The notes under the pieces: generated by a model | Seen by the model: the letters and a program-made list of their open reading frames with translations, nothing else | Database searches by the model: none | What the model was told of the DNA's origin: nothing | Position numbers and translations under genes: made by a program | In this document: piece by piece, positions 13,966 through 29,680 of the stretch | Layout: the number at the start of each line of letters is the position of its first letter | How positions within the stretch are numbered: position 1 is the first letter of the stretch | Source: the human T2T-CHM13v2.0 reference genome, Homo sapiens | Length of the DNA stretch: 64,000 nt | Assembly: GCF_009914755.1 (NCBI RefSeq) | Contig: NC_060926.1 | Strand: one strand, 5' to 3'

Positions 13966-15056
13966 GAGAGAGAAAAGAATTCCAACCCAGAATTCTCAAC
14001 TTCACTGTGTCAGAGGATATGAAGTAAACAAATATTCATCTCTACATTTGCCAGTCCCTGTGGACTTAGGCCAGATAGTATAAATAATAGTCACAAAAGG
14101 AGTATGAATGGGATAAGAAGCCACTTCTAGTCTGAGACAATTAAGAGTAGTAGTGCCTTCTCTGCACTCTCACCCCTCATTCTGACAGCTGAAGTGAAGG
14201 ACTCCCAACTTCTGGAACTGCCCAATGAAAGTAGCCTTGTGTGAGTGTTAGCTGGCCTGCTTTGGTCTGGGATGCAAGTAGAAATAAACTCCTGTCATAT
14301 TAAGCCACTAAGACTTTAGGGATATGTTGCTGTAGCATAGCCTAATGTAGCCTGATTACTGAACGAGCCACCCCATCAACTGAATCTATGTATATACTAA
14401 AAACATTTTAAGATATGCAAGGTCTCAAAAGAGTTCACTCGATGCACACTTTTTCTCAGGAAGCTACTAGAGGATGTGCTCCACAAAAAATAAAGGTATA
14501 AATTATGAAAGAGGAAAACATAGGATTTAGGAATCAAGGGAATTCAGCACAAGACAGAAGAAAAGGGAATCTGCAGCAAGATCCCTGAGCTGTGCATGTA
14601 ACATAAGGGGCAACAATTTCCAACACAGAGCAGATCACAAGACCCTAGGATAGATTTCTTGAAGAAAATGAAATTAAAAGAATACTGGATTCATCTGAAC
14701 ATACGAAAAGGAGATTTAAGCAACTTTTTAAGAGCTTGGGAATGAATTAATGATAAATATATGGTATTATGCAACCAAAACTACAATAAAAACTCATTAA
14801 AAATTATAACTCATAAAATTATTAATTTCAGGGAAAATAAAAAGTTGAGTAGGAATGAAAAAAGAATCAGAGGATACTATAAAGCTCATCTGTGGATATT
14901 GTTTACATAGTCATAATAATGAAAAAGAAATAATCTAACCAAAATTAAATGTTGGAAGTGTGGGGAGATAGAAATGGTAGAGTGTATTCGGTATTTATGT
15001 GTTGGGGAGGATACCTGTAAGTTTAACATTAGTGAGCTTTACTTTACTAAGGCTAA

Positions 15057-15414
15057 ATAAACAAACTCAAGTGTCCAGAAAGGCTAGAGAAGGAGCTTAC
15101 AAGAATGAAGCTATTGTGGTGTGATTCAATGGGGAATAGGTGGGGCATTGGAAACATCAATTTGTAGTATCCCTGCCAATTGATACTACAACATCAATTT
15201 GTAGTATCCCTGCCAAAATTTAACTATGGAAAATAGTTAAATTTTAATATGCACACATCTGTGGTTGTGGTTATACAGATATATATAATAAAAATTTATA
15301 TATAAATAAATACATAAACAAACTCAAGTGTCCAACAGGGCTAGATAAGGAGCTTACAAGAATGAAGCAGTTGTGATGTGATTCAATAGGGAATAGGTGG
15401 GGCCTTGGCAAACC
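15057..15414. repeat. About 100-bp direct repeat pair flanking a complex insert
   Basis: ataaacaaactcaagtgtcc...ggaataggtgggg at 15057-15155 and 15314-15414. Confidence 0.85.
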
Positions 15415-16089
15415 AAAGAACATATTCTGTCTAAAGTGGATGGCCACAACTTGCTCCAGCTGTGGAAACTTGGGCCATGTACTGCTAGATCTAAGGATTT
15501 TCTTTTGAGAGATGCTAGATATATACGTTTTTTAAAAATAAAATTATCCTGATTTTAACAACATTGCCTTATTATATAAAACATACCTTGGAGGGTGTGG
15601 GTAAGACACAATGTCCTTGAAATTATATTTCACTGGGTTAATGAAATTGGCTCCAGAAGAAAATAATTTTAAACAGCAAACCAAAAAGTGAAGGCCTTCA
15701 AAACTAACAAACCAAAGGAAAACAAAACAAAATGACAACAAGAAAAAAACAAAGAAACAAAACCCCTGGACCTTACCATTTTTCTAAGGCATGTTGACAT
15801 GATAAAATCAAAATTGCTTTGTGCTTATAAGGATCAAAGGTTATGCTTTTGACTTTATAAATTCAGAGAAAATTTAATTGGAATTATTTTTATGAATTAA
15901 CTGAAGATCTAAGGCAACTGGATAATTTAGGTTCTGCTAATATCTAGAATGTTCAAAGTTTATGTTTAGTCTGACACTGAAGAATCCATTATTTCTCTTG
16001 ACTTCCAGGCTGGTCGGTGTCTTTCCTGTGTCATATACCAAACAATGTGTTAGAAATTGTCTTCTCACTCATAAACTAATATTTGTTCA

Positions 16090-17005
16090 GAGTAAAAAGT
16101 CAAGCAAGTAAATAATGAGAAAAAATTCAGTGTATTGTATAAACAAAGACAGAAGGCAGACCAATGGTTACCTGGGGCCTAAGCTGAAGAGATTAATTGT
16201 ACGCAGACACAAAGGAATTTTTTGGGATGGTGAAAGTGTTCTAAGACTGGATTGGGATGATTGTGGCACAACTGTATAAATGTTATTAAAACTCCTTGAG
16301 TTGTACACTTAAATGAGTGGCTAAGTTGTGCCTTAATAAAGCTGTAATTTTGAAAAAGAATAATGGGTGATCAACTGTGAGCTAGAGTATGATGAAAACA
16401 CAAGACATTTACATAGTTTCGAAGTATCTCCCCATCAGGTACTTATTAACTGCATCAGGGAAACAGTAATTTTATTGTGGCAGAACCCTGCTGACAAAGT
16501 TAACATTCTAGTAAAAGCACAGGTGGATGTCATGTGCCTCCTGAAGTGATGCACAGAGAAGGATGCAACATCAACTTGTAGTATCCCTGCCAAAAATATC
16601 TAACCTGAATTTAACCATGCTGAAACATAAGACAAATCCAAGTGAAGGAACATTCTACAAAACAACTGACCAGTACTCCTCAAGAGTGTCAAGGTCCTGG
16701 AAGACAAAGACTGAGCAATGCTTCTGATTAAAGTAGACTGAGAGGTGACAACTGAATGCAACGTGGGATCCTGGATTAGATCTTGGCCCAGAAACAGGTC
16801 TTCGGTGGGACAACTGGCAAAATGTGAATAAGGTCTCTGGTTTTGTGAATGGTAGCGTATCGACGCTCATTACCTGCTTTTGATCATGGTAGTGATAGTA
16901 AGATATTAACATTCAGGAAAACACAGTGAAGGGTATATGGGAATCTCTACTATTTTTGTAACTTTTGTAAGTTGAAATTGTTTCAAAATGAGTTAGAAAA
17001 TTAAA
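16090..17005 (+). mobile_element. Old L1 (L1MD/ME-type) 3' fragments
   Basis: ggttacctgggg...ggtgaaagtgttcta..., gggatcctggattagatc..., gggtatatgggaatctct. Confidence 0.65.
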
Positions 17006-18685
17006 AGGAAGTTTTCTCTTTCAGCTGGGAAAACGGCAATGGATTAATAACAAGAAATTAATGGTGAAGTGGTGACGAAAATTCTACATTGCTTAGAAAG
17101 CAAGTAAGAAAATCAGTGGTTGTAGAGAAGTTCTTACATGAAGTAATAAAAATAAAAATTGTGATGTTAAGCGTTTTCTATTTTCTTTTCCTCCCCTCCA
17201 AATGAAACAGCATACTATTCTGCATGTTTTTCTACCTAACAATGTATCTTTTTAACGACTCTTGTGTTTTAAACCTAAAATTTTGATTAAGCTTCACTTA
17301 ATATTAAAAAAGATAGTATAGGTCACGATGTTATTTGATGCAAACGTTGGAAAGACAGAATCTTCTTGATCCAAGAGCTTTTAGAATTCAAAGTCTGATT
17401 CTGGTTATTTCTCTGCTCATTTAAGATAGTGAAATGAACATTTACATTCTGGCAACCTCAGAAGTACAACGAACAGAGGACACCAGCCAGGTAGGGCAAA
17501 GGCCTGTGCGCCCCCTTTTGCTGTTACATGTTTATCAGATGCGTGCTCTGTTTCTGTTGTATTACATTACTTTTCTCTTCAATGTCTACTGAGGAAGAAC
17601 AAGTAGCTCCTCAGGCAAGTCAACTGTTAACTCTGCAGTTTTTATTTAATCTCCCAGGAATGTAACCCTTAACTTTAAAGAATGTAGTGACCATAAAACT
17701 TATAAGGCATGTTTCTTAAGGAAATTGTACCTGTTTATTTAATCTATCAGATATGAATGTTATAGAAAATTAAATTTGTCCACTTAAGCTGTAGATGAAC
17801 TTTTCACCTTTCTGATCAGAAATTCACCATTTTATAGTATAGGTTCTGTTATTAATCAGAATATTTCATTTAGACTCTTTCTATCCAACTTTTTCTTAGA
17901 GGCTATTCAAAATAAAGGTGCTTCTAACAGTTTCATATCGAAATACGATGCAAAGCCTTGCTCTTCCATGGTATCCTTTGAGTGAGCCAAACTTATTTAG
18001 CCATTCCCCTATAGTTAAATAGCTAGGATGTTTCCAACATCTCACCTTTAAAACAATAGTGCTATGAATGTCATAAATGTTTGTATATGTAAATATGTAG
18101 GATAAATCCCTATCAGTAGAATTTCAAAAGGTATACGCAATCAGTATTTTCATACATATTTAAAATTTTCCATCCATACAAAGGTTGCTAACATATTTAT
18201 TTAAAATTTTAAAAATAATTTTATATGCCTCTTGTAACCAGTAATAGGATGCAAAGTTTTTGTTTTAAGGTAACATTGCTCCTCTTCCCCCATTGTCTCT
18301 GTCATCTATAGTACTCCCTAAGGTAGTTCATGTTATTGCAAGGGTGTGTATCATCCCAAACATATTGCTTCCACATACATATATCAGCATACATATATAT
18401 ATATGTATAGCATATATATATATGAGCACATATTAATATATGCCCATGCACATACAAGCATGTTTTTGTTAATTTTTACTGAAATGGAATCATGCTACAT
18501 ACTTATGAACAAATTGCTTCTTTCACCTTATATCACTTATAATTGTTATTCTACAAATCAGTACATATAAAAAATACATATTTACATATGTAATACTCTA
18601 TCTGTTATAATTTTCTGCATGCACATGTATGCATATACATATATTCATAAACATAAAAATCTAAACGGGATTTTTTTGGGGGGGG

Positions 18686-20915
18686 TGATATGGTTTGGCT
18701 GTGTCCCCACCCAAATCTCATCTTGAATTCCTATGTGTTGTGGGGGGACCCGGTGGGAGGTAATTGAATTATGGGGGTAGGTCTTTCCTGTGCTGTTCTC
18801 GGGATAGTGAAAAAGTCTCACGAGATCTGATGGTTTTAAAAAGATGAGTTTCCCTGCATAAGCTCTCTTCTCCTGTCTGGTTCCATGTGAGATGTGCCTT
18901 TTGCCTTCCGCCATGATTGTGAGGCCTCCCCAGCCATGTGGAACTGTAAGTCCAATAAACCCCTTGCTTTTGCAAATTGCCCAGTCTCAGGTATGTCTTT
19001 ATCAGCAGCATAAAAATGAAACAATACAGTAAATTGGTACAAGTAGAGTGGGGCGCTGCTGAAATGATACCTGAAAATGTGGAAGAAACTTTGGAACTGG
19101 GCAACAAGCAGTGGTTGGAACAGTTTTGAGGGCTCAGAAGACAGGAATATGTGGGAAAGTTTGGAGCTTCCTAGAGACCTGTTGAATGACTTTGCCCAAA
19201 ATGCTGACAGTGATATAGACAATAAAGTCCAGGCTGAGGTGGTCTTAGATGGAAACAAGAAACTTGTTGGGAACTGGAGCAATGGTGACTCTTCTTATGT
19301 TTTAGTAAAGATACTAGGGGCATTTTGCCCCTGCCATAGATATATGTGGAACTTTTAACTTGAGAGAGATGATTTAGGGTACCTGGCAGAAGAAATTTCT
19401 AAGCAGCAAAGCATTCAAGAGGTGACTTGGGTGCTGTTAAAGGTATTCAGTTTTATAAGGGAAGCAGAGCACAAAAGTTTGGAAAATTTGCAGCCTGACA
19501 ATGTGCTAGAAAAGAAAATCCCATTTTCTGAGGAGAAATTCAAGCTGGCTGCAGAAATTTGCATAAGTAACAAGGAGCTGAATGTTAATCCCCAAGACAA
19601 TGGGGAAAGTGTCTCCAGGGCATGTCAGAGTTCTTCATGGCAACCCTCCCATCACAGGCCCAGAGGTTTAGGAGGAAAAAGTGGTTTCGTGGGCTGGGCC
19701 CAGGGTCCCTCTGCTGTATGCAGTCTAGGGACTTCATACCCTGCATCCCAGCCATGAATGAAAGGGGCCAAAGTACAGCTCTGTCTGTTGCTTCAGAGGG
19801 TGCAAGCCCCAAGACTTGGCAGCTTCCACATGGCTTTGAGCCTGTGGGTGCACAGAAGTCAAGAATTGAGGTTTGGGAAACTCCGCCTAGATATCAGAAG
19901 ATGTAGAAGTTTGCTGTAGGGGTGGGTCCCTCATGGAGAACCTCTGCTAGGGCAGTGTGAAAGGGAAATGTGAGATTGGAGCCCCCAAACAGAGTCCCTA
20001 CTGGGGCACCATCTAGTGGAGCAGTGAGAAGAGGGCCACCGTTCTTTAGACCCCAGAATGGTAGATCCATGGACGGCTTGCACTGTGCACCTAGAAAAGC
20101 CACAGACACTCAATGCCAGCCTGTGAAAGCAACCTGGAGAGAGGCTGTACCCTGCAAAACCTCAGGGGCAGAGCTGCCCAAGACCATAGGAACCAACCCC
20201 TTGCATCAGCATGACCTGGATGTGAGACATGGAGGCAAAGGAGATCATTTTGGAGCTTTAAGATTTGACTGTCCCACTGGATTTCAGACTTTCATGGGGC
20301 CTGTATCCCCTTTGTTTTGGCCAGTTTCTCCCATTTGGGATGGCTGTATTTACCAAATGCTGTACCCCCATTATATCTAGGAAGTAACTAACTCGCTTTT
20401 GATTTTACAGGCCCGTAGGTGGAAGGGACTTGCCTTGTCTCGGATGAGACTTTGGACTTTGGACTGTGGACTTTTGAGTTAACACTGAAATGAATTAATA
20501 CTGAAATGAATTAAGACTTTGGGAGACGGTTGGGAAGCCATGACTCATTTTAAAATGTGAGAACATGAGATTTGGGAGGGGCTGGGGTGGAATGGTATGG
20601 TTTGGTTGTGTCCCCACCCAAATCTCATCTTGGATTCCCATGTATTGTGGGAGGGACCCGGTGGGAGGTAATTGAATCATGGGGGCAGGCCTTTCTCATG
20701 CTATTTTTGTGATAGTGAATAAGTCTCATGAGATCTGATGGTTTTGAAAAGGGGAGTTTCCCTGCACAAGCTCTCTTCTCTTGTCTGCTTCCAGGTAAGA
20801 CATGACTTTCACCTTCCGCCATGATTGTGAGGCCTCTCCAGCCATGTGGAACTGTAAGTCCAATAAACCTCTTTCTTTTGCAAATTGCCCAGCAATGTGA
20901 AAACAGACTAATACA
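18686..20915 (+). mobile_element. Full-length THE1 MaLR retrotransposon (5' LTR 18686-19028, internal region, 3' LTR 20593-20915)
   Basis: Two TG...CA LTRs, THE1-int with frameshifted ORF remnants, purine-rich tract before the 3' LTR, 5-bp TSD GGGGG/GTGGG. Confidence 0.95.
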
Positions 20916-21205
20916 GTGGGAGATTACTTCTCCATACCCTCTTTGTCTGCCAACCATATCACCTCTGCTGTTTCCTCTCCCCAAAAGGTAACCCATGTTA
21001 ACCTCTGATTATGATCAAATAATTATATGTATTTATTTATATAAATACCATTTCTTTATATATTTTGAACATATTAATGCATACACAAGTGTGCTAAAGT
21101 TTATATTTCTACTGCTCTCACCATCTGTAGCTTGTATGATTTACAGAATTTCATGAACAAAAATACATGAAGTAAAAGGAACCATTATGATGTAAAAGCA
21201 TATAG

Positions 21206-21568
<363 letters not shown>

Positions 21569-22045
21569 TAGCTAAGCTATACTTTAGGCACAAACCAGCA
21601 CTATTATCAAGATGCAATATGTGAACTCATCTTTCTTCTAGCATCAGTTCAGAATTAATTTTAATCTGTGTATTGTATACTGCTGCCAAAAACTCATTAA
21701 CCACAATTAAATTATGAAAGTACATGTGTAAATTTATGGATAGCAATACACAATCCAAAATATGAGTTTGCTATAAAAATAAAGTATATGGGTAGAATCA
21801 TATTAATTATAAGTAACCAGAACTGTTAATAAGAAATTAATATTAAAATATATTGAATTTGATATTTCCATAACTGAAGTAAACTAATTTAATAAGCGAA
21901 CCTAACAAGTCTAAAATATCAAAGGAGAATAAGAATAAAGTTTATTATTAAACATACAAGCTATGGCTAATCAACATACTTTCTTATATTTCTTGATAAT
22001 ATGTTGAATTTACTTTTGAGCATGTTTTGAAGAGGTAGTTAGTCA

Positions 22046-22470
<425 letters not shown>

Positions 22471-22962
22471 TCAGTGCATATTGTCAAGTGAAGAAAGCAA
22501 ACTCCAGAACAAAGCCTATGTATGTTCCTATTTATTAAAAACAAAAGCCGCATATGTATACAAATGTACTCTATCTTTCTGTTATAATTTTATGAATGCA
22601 GATGTATGCAAATACATATATTCATATACATAAGACTTAGTCTAAACAGGAATATTCTTTCAGGAGGGAATCTTGCTTCTCCTACAGAAAAATACCTAAC
22701 ATGGCAGGGGCAAAGATAATATTGGACCAAAAAAATCTGGACCTATGTCTATTAAATTGCTCACAGTGTTTATATAATATCGGTGAAGGGAAGTAAAATT
22801 GAGGTTAGTGAAAGAGACTCCACGTTTTACCCTAATACTTTTCTACTGTTTGAATTTTTTATAGTTATAATACATTCAGGTATAATACATAATTTATATA
22901 TAAATACTATATATACATCCATACACACACATATATATATGTGTGTATATATATATTTTAAT

Positions 22963-23246
22963 AAGAAACAAGGTCTTTCTCTCTCACCCAGGCTGGAGTG
23001 CAGTGCAGTGATCATAGCTCACTGTAACCTCAAACTCCTAGGCTTGCGTGATCCTCCCACCTCAGCCTCCTGAGTAGCTGGGACTACTGGTGCATGCCAC
23101 CATGCCCAGCTAAGTTTTAAAATTTTTGTAGAAACAGGGTCTTGCTATGTTGCCCAGGTTGACCTTGAACTCCTGGCCTCAAGAGATCCTTTCCCCTCAG
23201 CCTCCCAAAGTGCTTGTATTACAGGCATGAGCCACTGTGCACAGCC
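22963..23246 (-). mobile_element. AluJ
   Basis: gatcatagctcactg and tcttgctatgttgcccagg AluJ features. Confidence 0.85.
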
Positions 23247-25241
23247 TACTTATATTATTTAAAAAACAATTAATCAAATAAGTTGGTTAGGATTAGTTTC
23301 AGTGGCATAAACAGAAACTTAAACAATGTGAAAGCTTATTTCTGTCTCCTTCTGCCAGGTGAACACACAGTGTTCATCCCCTCAGGAGGACACAGCTTTT
23401 GAGGTACCATCTTGGAAGCAGAGACCAGACCTCACTAGACACAAACTTCCTGGCACCTTGATTTTGGACTTCATAGCCTCTAGAACTGTGAGAAATAAAT
23501 TTTTATTATTTATAAATTACCCTGTATTGGATATTTTGTTATAGCAGCAGAAAAGGTCTAAGACAATGACTGAAGGACAGAGCTATAGGACTCAAAAGAC
23601 CCTGGTCTTGAAGCCAGAAAGACCTGGCTTTGCCAGTAGCATGGTATTTCAATTAAGTATGATTAAACACTCTTCGAGGGAATAGAAAGGGGAAGGAAGA
23701 ATGGAGATGGATCATTTGTTTCATGCCTTTTACTTACGTGTAAGGAATTATGAGCAGGTGCCTATGGATTTTGGAATATGCTTCTATAACACTATAAAAA
23801 TTAGAAAGTGAAACTTATAGGCACAAATGTCAGTTTAAAATTTCTAATGACAATGGAAGAAATTATTTAGACTCTCTCCTAAACTATTACACCATACATC
23901 ATTGCAAAACATTTTTTTTCATTTTGCCCAACCTCCACTCCTGTCATTCCACCACTCCTATAGTATCTAAAATATAGTTTCTTTTAGAGAGATTGGTGCA
24001 CCACTCAACTTGTCAGCTTGAGGGCTTTGAATGGTGTTTTCTTTTTTTTTTTTTTTAATTTCATGGCAAGCTGACTTACAAGTGACTCAACTGTAAGCTA
24101 AGACTTATTAATAGCATGGTTTAACCACCAAAGATAATGAATTCAAACAATGTTACTTACAGCCTTTAATGTCACAGCCCCTAAAAACATTGAAATGTAC
24201 ATTTTTCACCTGCTAGTCATCTTCAGTATTCTGGAGAGGAAATATTCTTTCCTGTCCTTACAGTGGTTGTATATCTTAAAAGAGGACTATATGACACTTG
24301 AATATTGATATTCAACCTTAACCAAAGCAGTCACAAGAATACAAGCCATTGGCCTCTGGCCTTTTAGATATGTTCCCAACAAGTTCATGTGTACCCCATG
24401 AAAAATGTTAAATAAACTGATAAACTTTAAACATTTAAAAATATTTTATTTATTTACTTGCCACAGCTAGATAAGAGGAACTGGGTTAGTTTTGAAACTC
24501 TCAGTTTCCTTTTCTCTAAACCAGTAGCTATTGCTGGCCACTAGTATGTTGTTTCCTTTGCAGGAAGTTGCAAAAATGAGAAAGAAAAAAACGAAAAACA
24601 AAACCAAGTTGGTATTATTTTTAGCTTTCTTCTTATTTGGATATAGCTACAGTTCTTTTTCTTATGGTGATTAACATAACTATTCAAGAGAGAAGAACCA
24701 AGCAAAGGGGAGTAGTAGGGAATTAGTAGGGAATTGTGCCAAAGGACATATGGCAAGGTTATTGTCAGAAAGCTGAGCTGCTGAAATCCAGACAGTTTAA
24801 GAGCTTATCTGCTCTGCTCTGCTCCCACCTAGGAGGACTCCTACTACAATGCAAAGACTCAAGTTTCACCTTAATTAGGTCTTTCCCAGGCCAAGTATTA
24901 GTGACCTTGGGAAAAAAGTTTACGCTTCTCAGCTTCAGATCTTCCTCTGAATATTAGCACTGTGGTAATTGGCACAGTGGTACCTAACCCTTTGAGGGTC
25001 CAGGATTGTTTTAATGGTGAGTGATTTAAAAACTGAGTTTAAAAGAGCAAGGAGGATCCAATTTTGCAAAATTTCATTAACTCTGCTTAAGAAAACAGTA
25101 TATTATATTAGCTTAGATCAGGAGTTGGGAATCCATAGCCTGCTACCATTTATTGTGTAGCCTGCAAATGGTTTTTACATTTTTAATACATTGGAAAAAA
25201 AATTAAAGAAGATTATTATTTCGTGATGTGAAAATTATACA

Positions 25242-26310
<1,069 letters not shown>

Positions 26311-26889
26311 ATGAAATTCAAATTTCAAACTTGTAGACATTTGCTCTCTCTCTTATATTATATAAGTACCTACACAATGTCCTCAAATTTGCTTTTTGAT
26401 CTGTAAAGACTAAGATATTTATCATCTAGTTTTACAGAAAAGTTTGCAGATCTTCTGGTTTAAAAGAGCAGGAGATTTAGTGTCAGGCAGGTTTGGATTG
26501 AGCCCAAGGGCTGCCATTTACTGATTGTATGACTTTGAGCAAGGTATTTATCTTTTCTAAGCCTCAATTTCCTCATCTATAAAATGGGCACACAAATAGT
26601 ATTTACCTTGGAGAGTTAAATGGGATAATGCATTTAATGTGCTTAACACAGTTGCCTATCAGATGCTTAGGGGCTCAAAACATTACTATTGTTGTTGTTG
26701 TTGTTTTACCCTAAAGTAAATGAGACAAAATAGCAAAGCTAAATGAGGAGGAATTTTTAAGTTACATCAGAAACTGTAATAGATTCTAAAATATTATAAT
26801 TAAGAAATTTCATACTTATTTAAAAAGGCATTTTCAATTTAACAATTTAACAATTTAACCCTCTTATAAGTTAAAAAAAAAAAAAAAAA

Positions 26890-27196
26890 AAGCCCGGCAC
26901 AGTGGCTCACGCCTGTAATCCCAGCTCTTTAGGAGGCTGAGGTGGATGGATCAGGAGGTCAGGAGTTCAAGACCAGCCTGGCTAACGTGGTGAAACCTCG
27001 TCTCTACTAAAAATACAAAAATTAGCTGGGCGTGGTGGTGCATACCTGTAATCCCAGCTACTCAGGAGGCTGAGGCAGGAGAATCGCTTGAACCCGGAGG
27101 CAGAGGTTTCAGTGAGCCAAGATCGTGCCACTGCACTCCAGCCTCAGCAACAGATCAAGACTCCATCTCAAAAAGAAAAAAGAAATAAAAATAAAA
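26890..27196 (+). mobile_element. AluS inserted after an A-run
   Basis: Full dimer. Confidence 0.9.
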
Positions 27197-27454
27197 AGTC
27201 ATGACCAGCTATTTTGGGAGAACTGAAATTACAACTCTATCTGAGAAAATAAAATGACAGGACTCCACAGAATCCATAGATAAAAATTTAACTGAAGAGG
27301 AATATGGAACAGACTAAAGGAAAAATTTTATCAAGCTGTAATCTTTATACTTGTGCCTGAGGCCAGAACTTGAAACTGCTGAAGACAGTGTTTCTCTACA
27401 AATGTACACAGGCACCCCATTTTGATGCACAGATAGGTGTTTATTTCTTTTAAG

Positions 27455-27910
27455 AATAGCAGCTTTATTGAGATAAATTTCACATATGATACAATTCACC
27501 AATTTAAAGTGTACAAGTCAATGGTTTTCAGTATAATCAGAGTTGTACTACCATCACCATAATCAATTTTAGAACATTTTCATCACCGCCCAAAAACCAC
27601 TGTAGTCTCTCCCCAGCCCTCCACTCCTGGGAACCATTAATGTACTTTCTGTTTCTATAGATTTGCCTATTTTGGATATTTTATGTAAATGGGATCATAC
27701 AACGTGTGGTCTTTTGTGAATAGCTTTTTTCACTTACCATAATGTTTTCAAGATTGGTTCATGTTGTAGCAGGTATCAGTCCTTTTTCCTGTTTATTGCC
27801 AAATAATTTTCCATTGTACGGATAGATCATATTTTGTTTATCCATTTGTCACATTTTGGTTGTCTATCAGTTGATAGATATTTGTGGTGCATTTAATTTT
27901 TGGCCAATGT
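27455..27910 (-). mobile_element. L1MB-type 3' fragment
   Basis: cagctttattgagataaatttcacata...gatttgcctattttggatatttt. Confidence 0.8.
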
Positions 27911-28024
27911 GTAAAACTTATTTTGCTCTCACTGAGGCTACATACTGTTACAACAATGCTATTTGGTCAACTTGACTGAGCTGGCCTCATAAGTTACAGG
28001 TTGCTCATTGTTAGAGATGAGACT

Positions 28025-28235
28025 TTAGACCAGACTGGACAACATAGTGAGACCCTGTCTCTACCAAAAAGAAAAAGAAAAATTAGCCAGATATAATGGC
28101 ATATGACTGGAGTCCCAGCTACTTGGGAGGCTGAGATGGGAGGATCACCTGAGCCCAGGAGTTTAGGACTGCAGTGAGCTGTGATCGTGCCAATGCAATC
28201 CATGCTGGGCGACAGAGTGAGACCCTGTCTCAAAA
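28025..28235 (+). mobile_element. 5'-truncated AluJ
   Basis: aacatagtgagaccctg...gagcccaggag. Confidence 0.8.
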
Positions 28236-28984
28236 CACAGAAAGAGGGATTTTAGTATAACATTCAGCCAGTGCCATATTGGGAACCCACAAGAATGTAC
28301 TTTAAAAAATATGTCAAAGAACGTGGTGAGGGCTGTAATAGCTGCTATTCAGGCAGTAATGCAGTGCTGAAGGGACATCAAGCAAATAGTGTGATGCCTG
28401 TGGGTGCAATGTTACTCCTTCCCTTAGGTTGCCAAAAAAATCAATACTTCATAGCATTCCTGAAACGAAAAAGCTTATGAACCATTGTGTTTAGGGCGTA
28501 AGCTATCTATTTTGGGCTACCCATCACAGCTTCTCTCCTTTGGTAGAATAAAGTGAACTGAACCACCATGCCTAAGGTATTTGCCTTATTTCTTCCTCAG
28601 CTGGTTCATGGTTACATTGTCAAAGCTGGCAAAGCATTCAAGACCTGATTTCTCAGACCGAGTGTATGTGTGAATATAATATACTCATTTGCACAAATAT
28701 AAACCCTCTGTCTTAACTGTGTTCTGCAAAAGGCGTGATAAATACTTTCAAGTTATATGTCCTTATCAGTAGAACTAATGGAATACACACAGTATATTAT
28801 ATGGGGAATTTCAGAGAAGGAAGGAAAAGTCAACCTTTTATTTGGCATCAGGATAGTAGTAAAACATTCTACTTGTGCATCAGATAGATTTTTATGACCT
28901 AACCTGGACAAGTAACTTAACTCTTGGTGCCTCATGTTTGAAAGAGGGATAACACTCTACAGGGTCATTCTAAGAATTAAATAT

Positions 28985-29680
28985 TGCCAAAACACATGAA
29001 AAGATTCTCAACCTTGTTAGTAATCAAGGAAATGCAAATGAAGATCACAATGAAGTCTTCTTTTGTACTCAATTGATTGGTGAAAAATGCATGCCTGATA
29101 ATATTGACATAACAGACCAATGAGATCTCTTATAATTTGCTGGGAAAATGTATCAATTTGTACAAACATTTTGAAAAATAATTGTGCATTTTCTTGTGAA
29201 GTAAAACATTTGAATAATCTAGGACCCAGCAATTCAGCTCTTACACAGACACTCAAGAGGAAGTTGCACACACATATGTCAGGAAAAATGTTCATAGCAG
29301 CCCTGTTCATAAGAGCAAAACCTGGAACAATTGAGAGGAAATGAATAAATTGCCGTGTAGCCACACAATAGAATACAAGACAGCAGTGATGCTGAAAAAT
29401 ATAGCAAGCCTCAGGAGTTTATATATTATATGGATAATTTTATGAAGCTCAAAAACACCCAAAATTAAACAACATATTCTGTAAGTACATACGTGGGATA
29501 TGTGATAAAACTAAAAGGGAATGATCAGCAATCCAGAACCAATTCATGACTGTTGTTACTATCTTATGGGGCAGGCTGTGGATTGGAAGCAGGGGCGGTG
29601 CACATAGGTACGTGTAACTTACTGGTAATGCTTTTAGGTTAGGAATGAGGTCAAAGGAGTTCACTATAAATTTATATTAG
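28985..29680 (+). mobile_element. L1ME-type ORF2 end/3'UTR fragment
   Basis: gtaatcaaggaaatgcaaatgaag..., gacccagcaattc..., aatgttcatagcagc. Confidence 0.7.

Noticed and set aside
18645-20996. Cluster of 60-148 aa ORFs
   Set aside because: All lie within the THE1 element; frameshifted MaLR internal remnants or LTR antisense frames.
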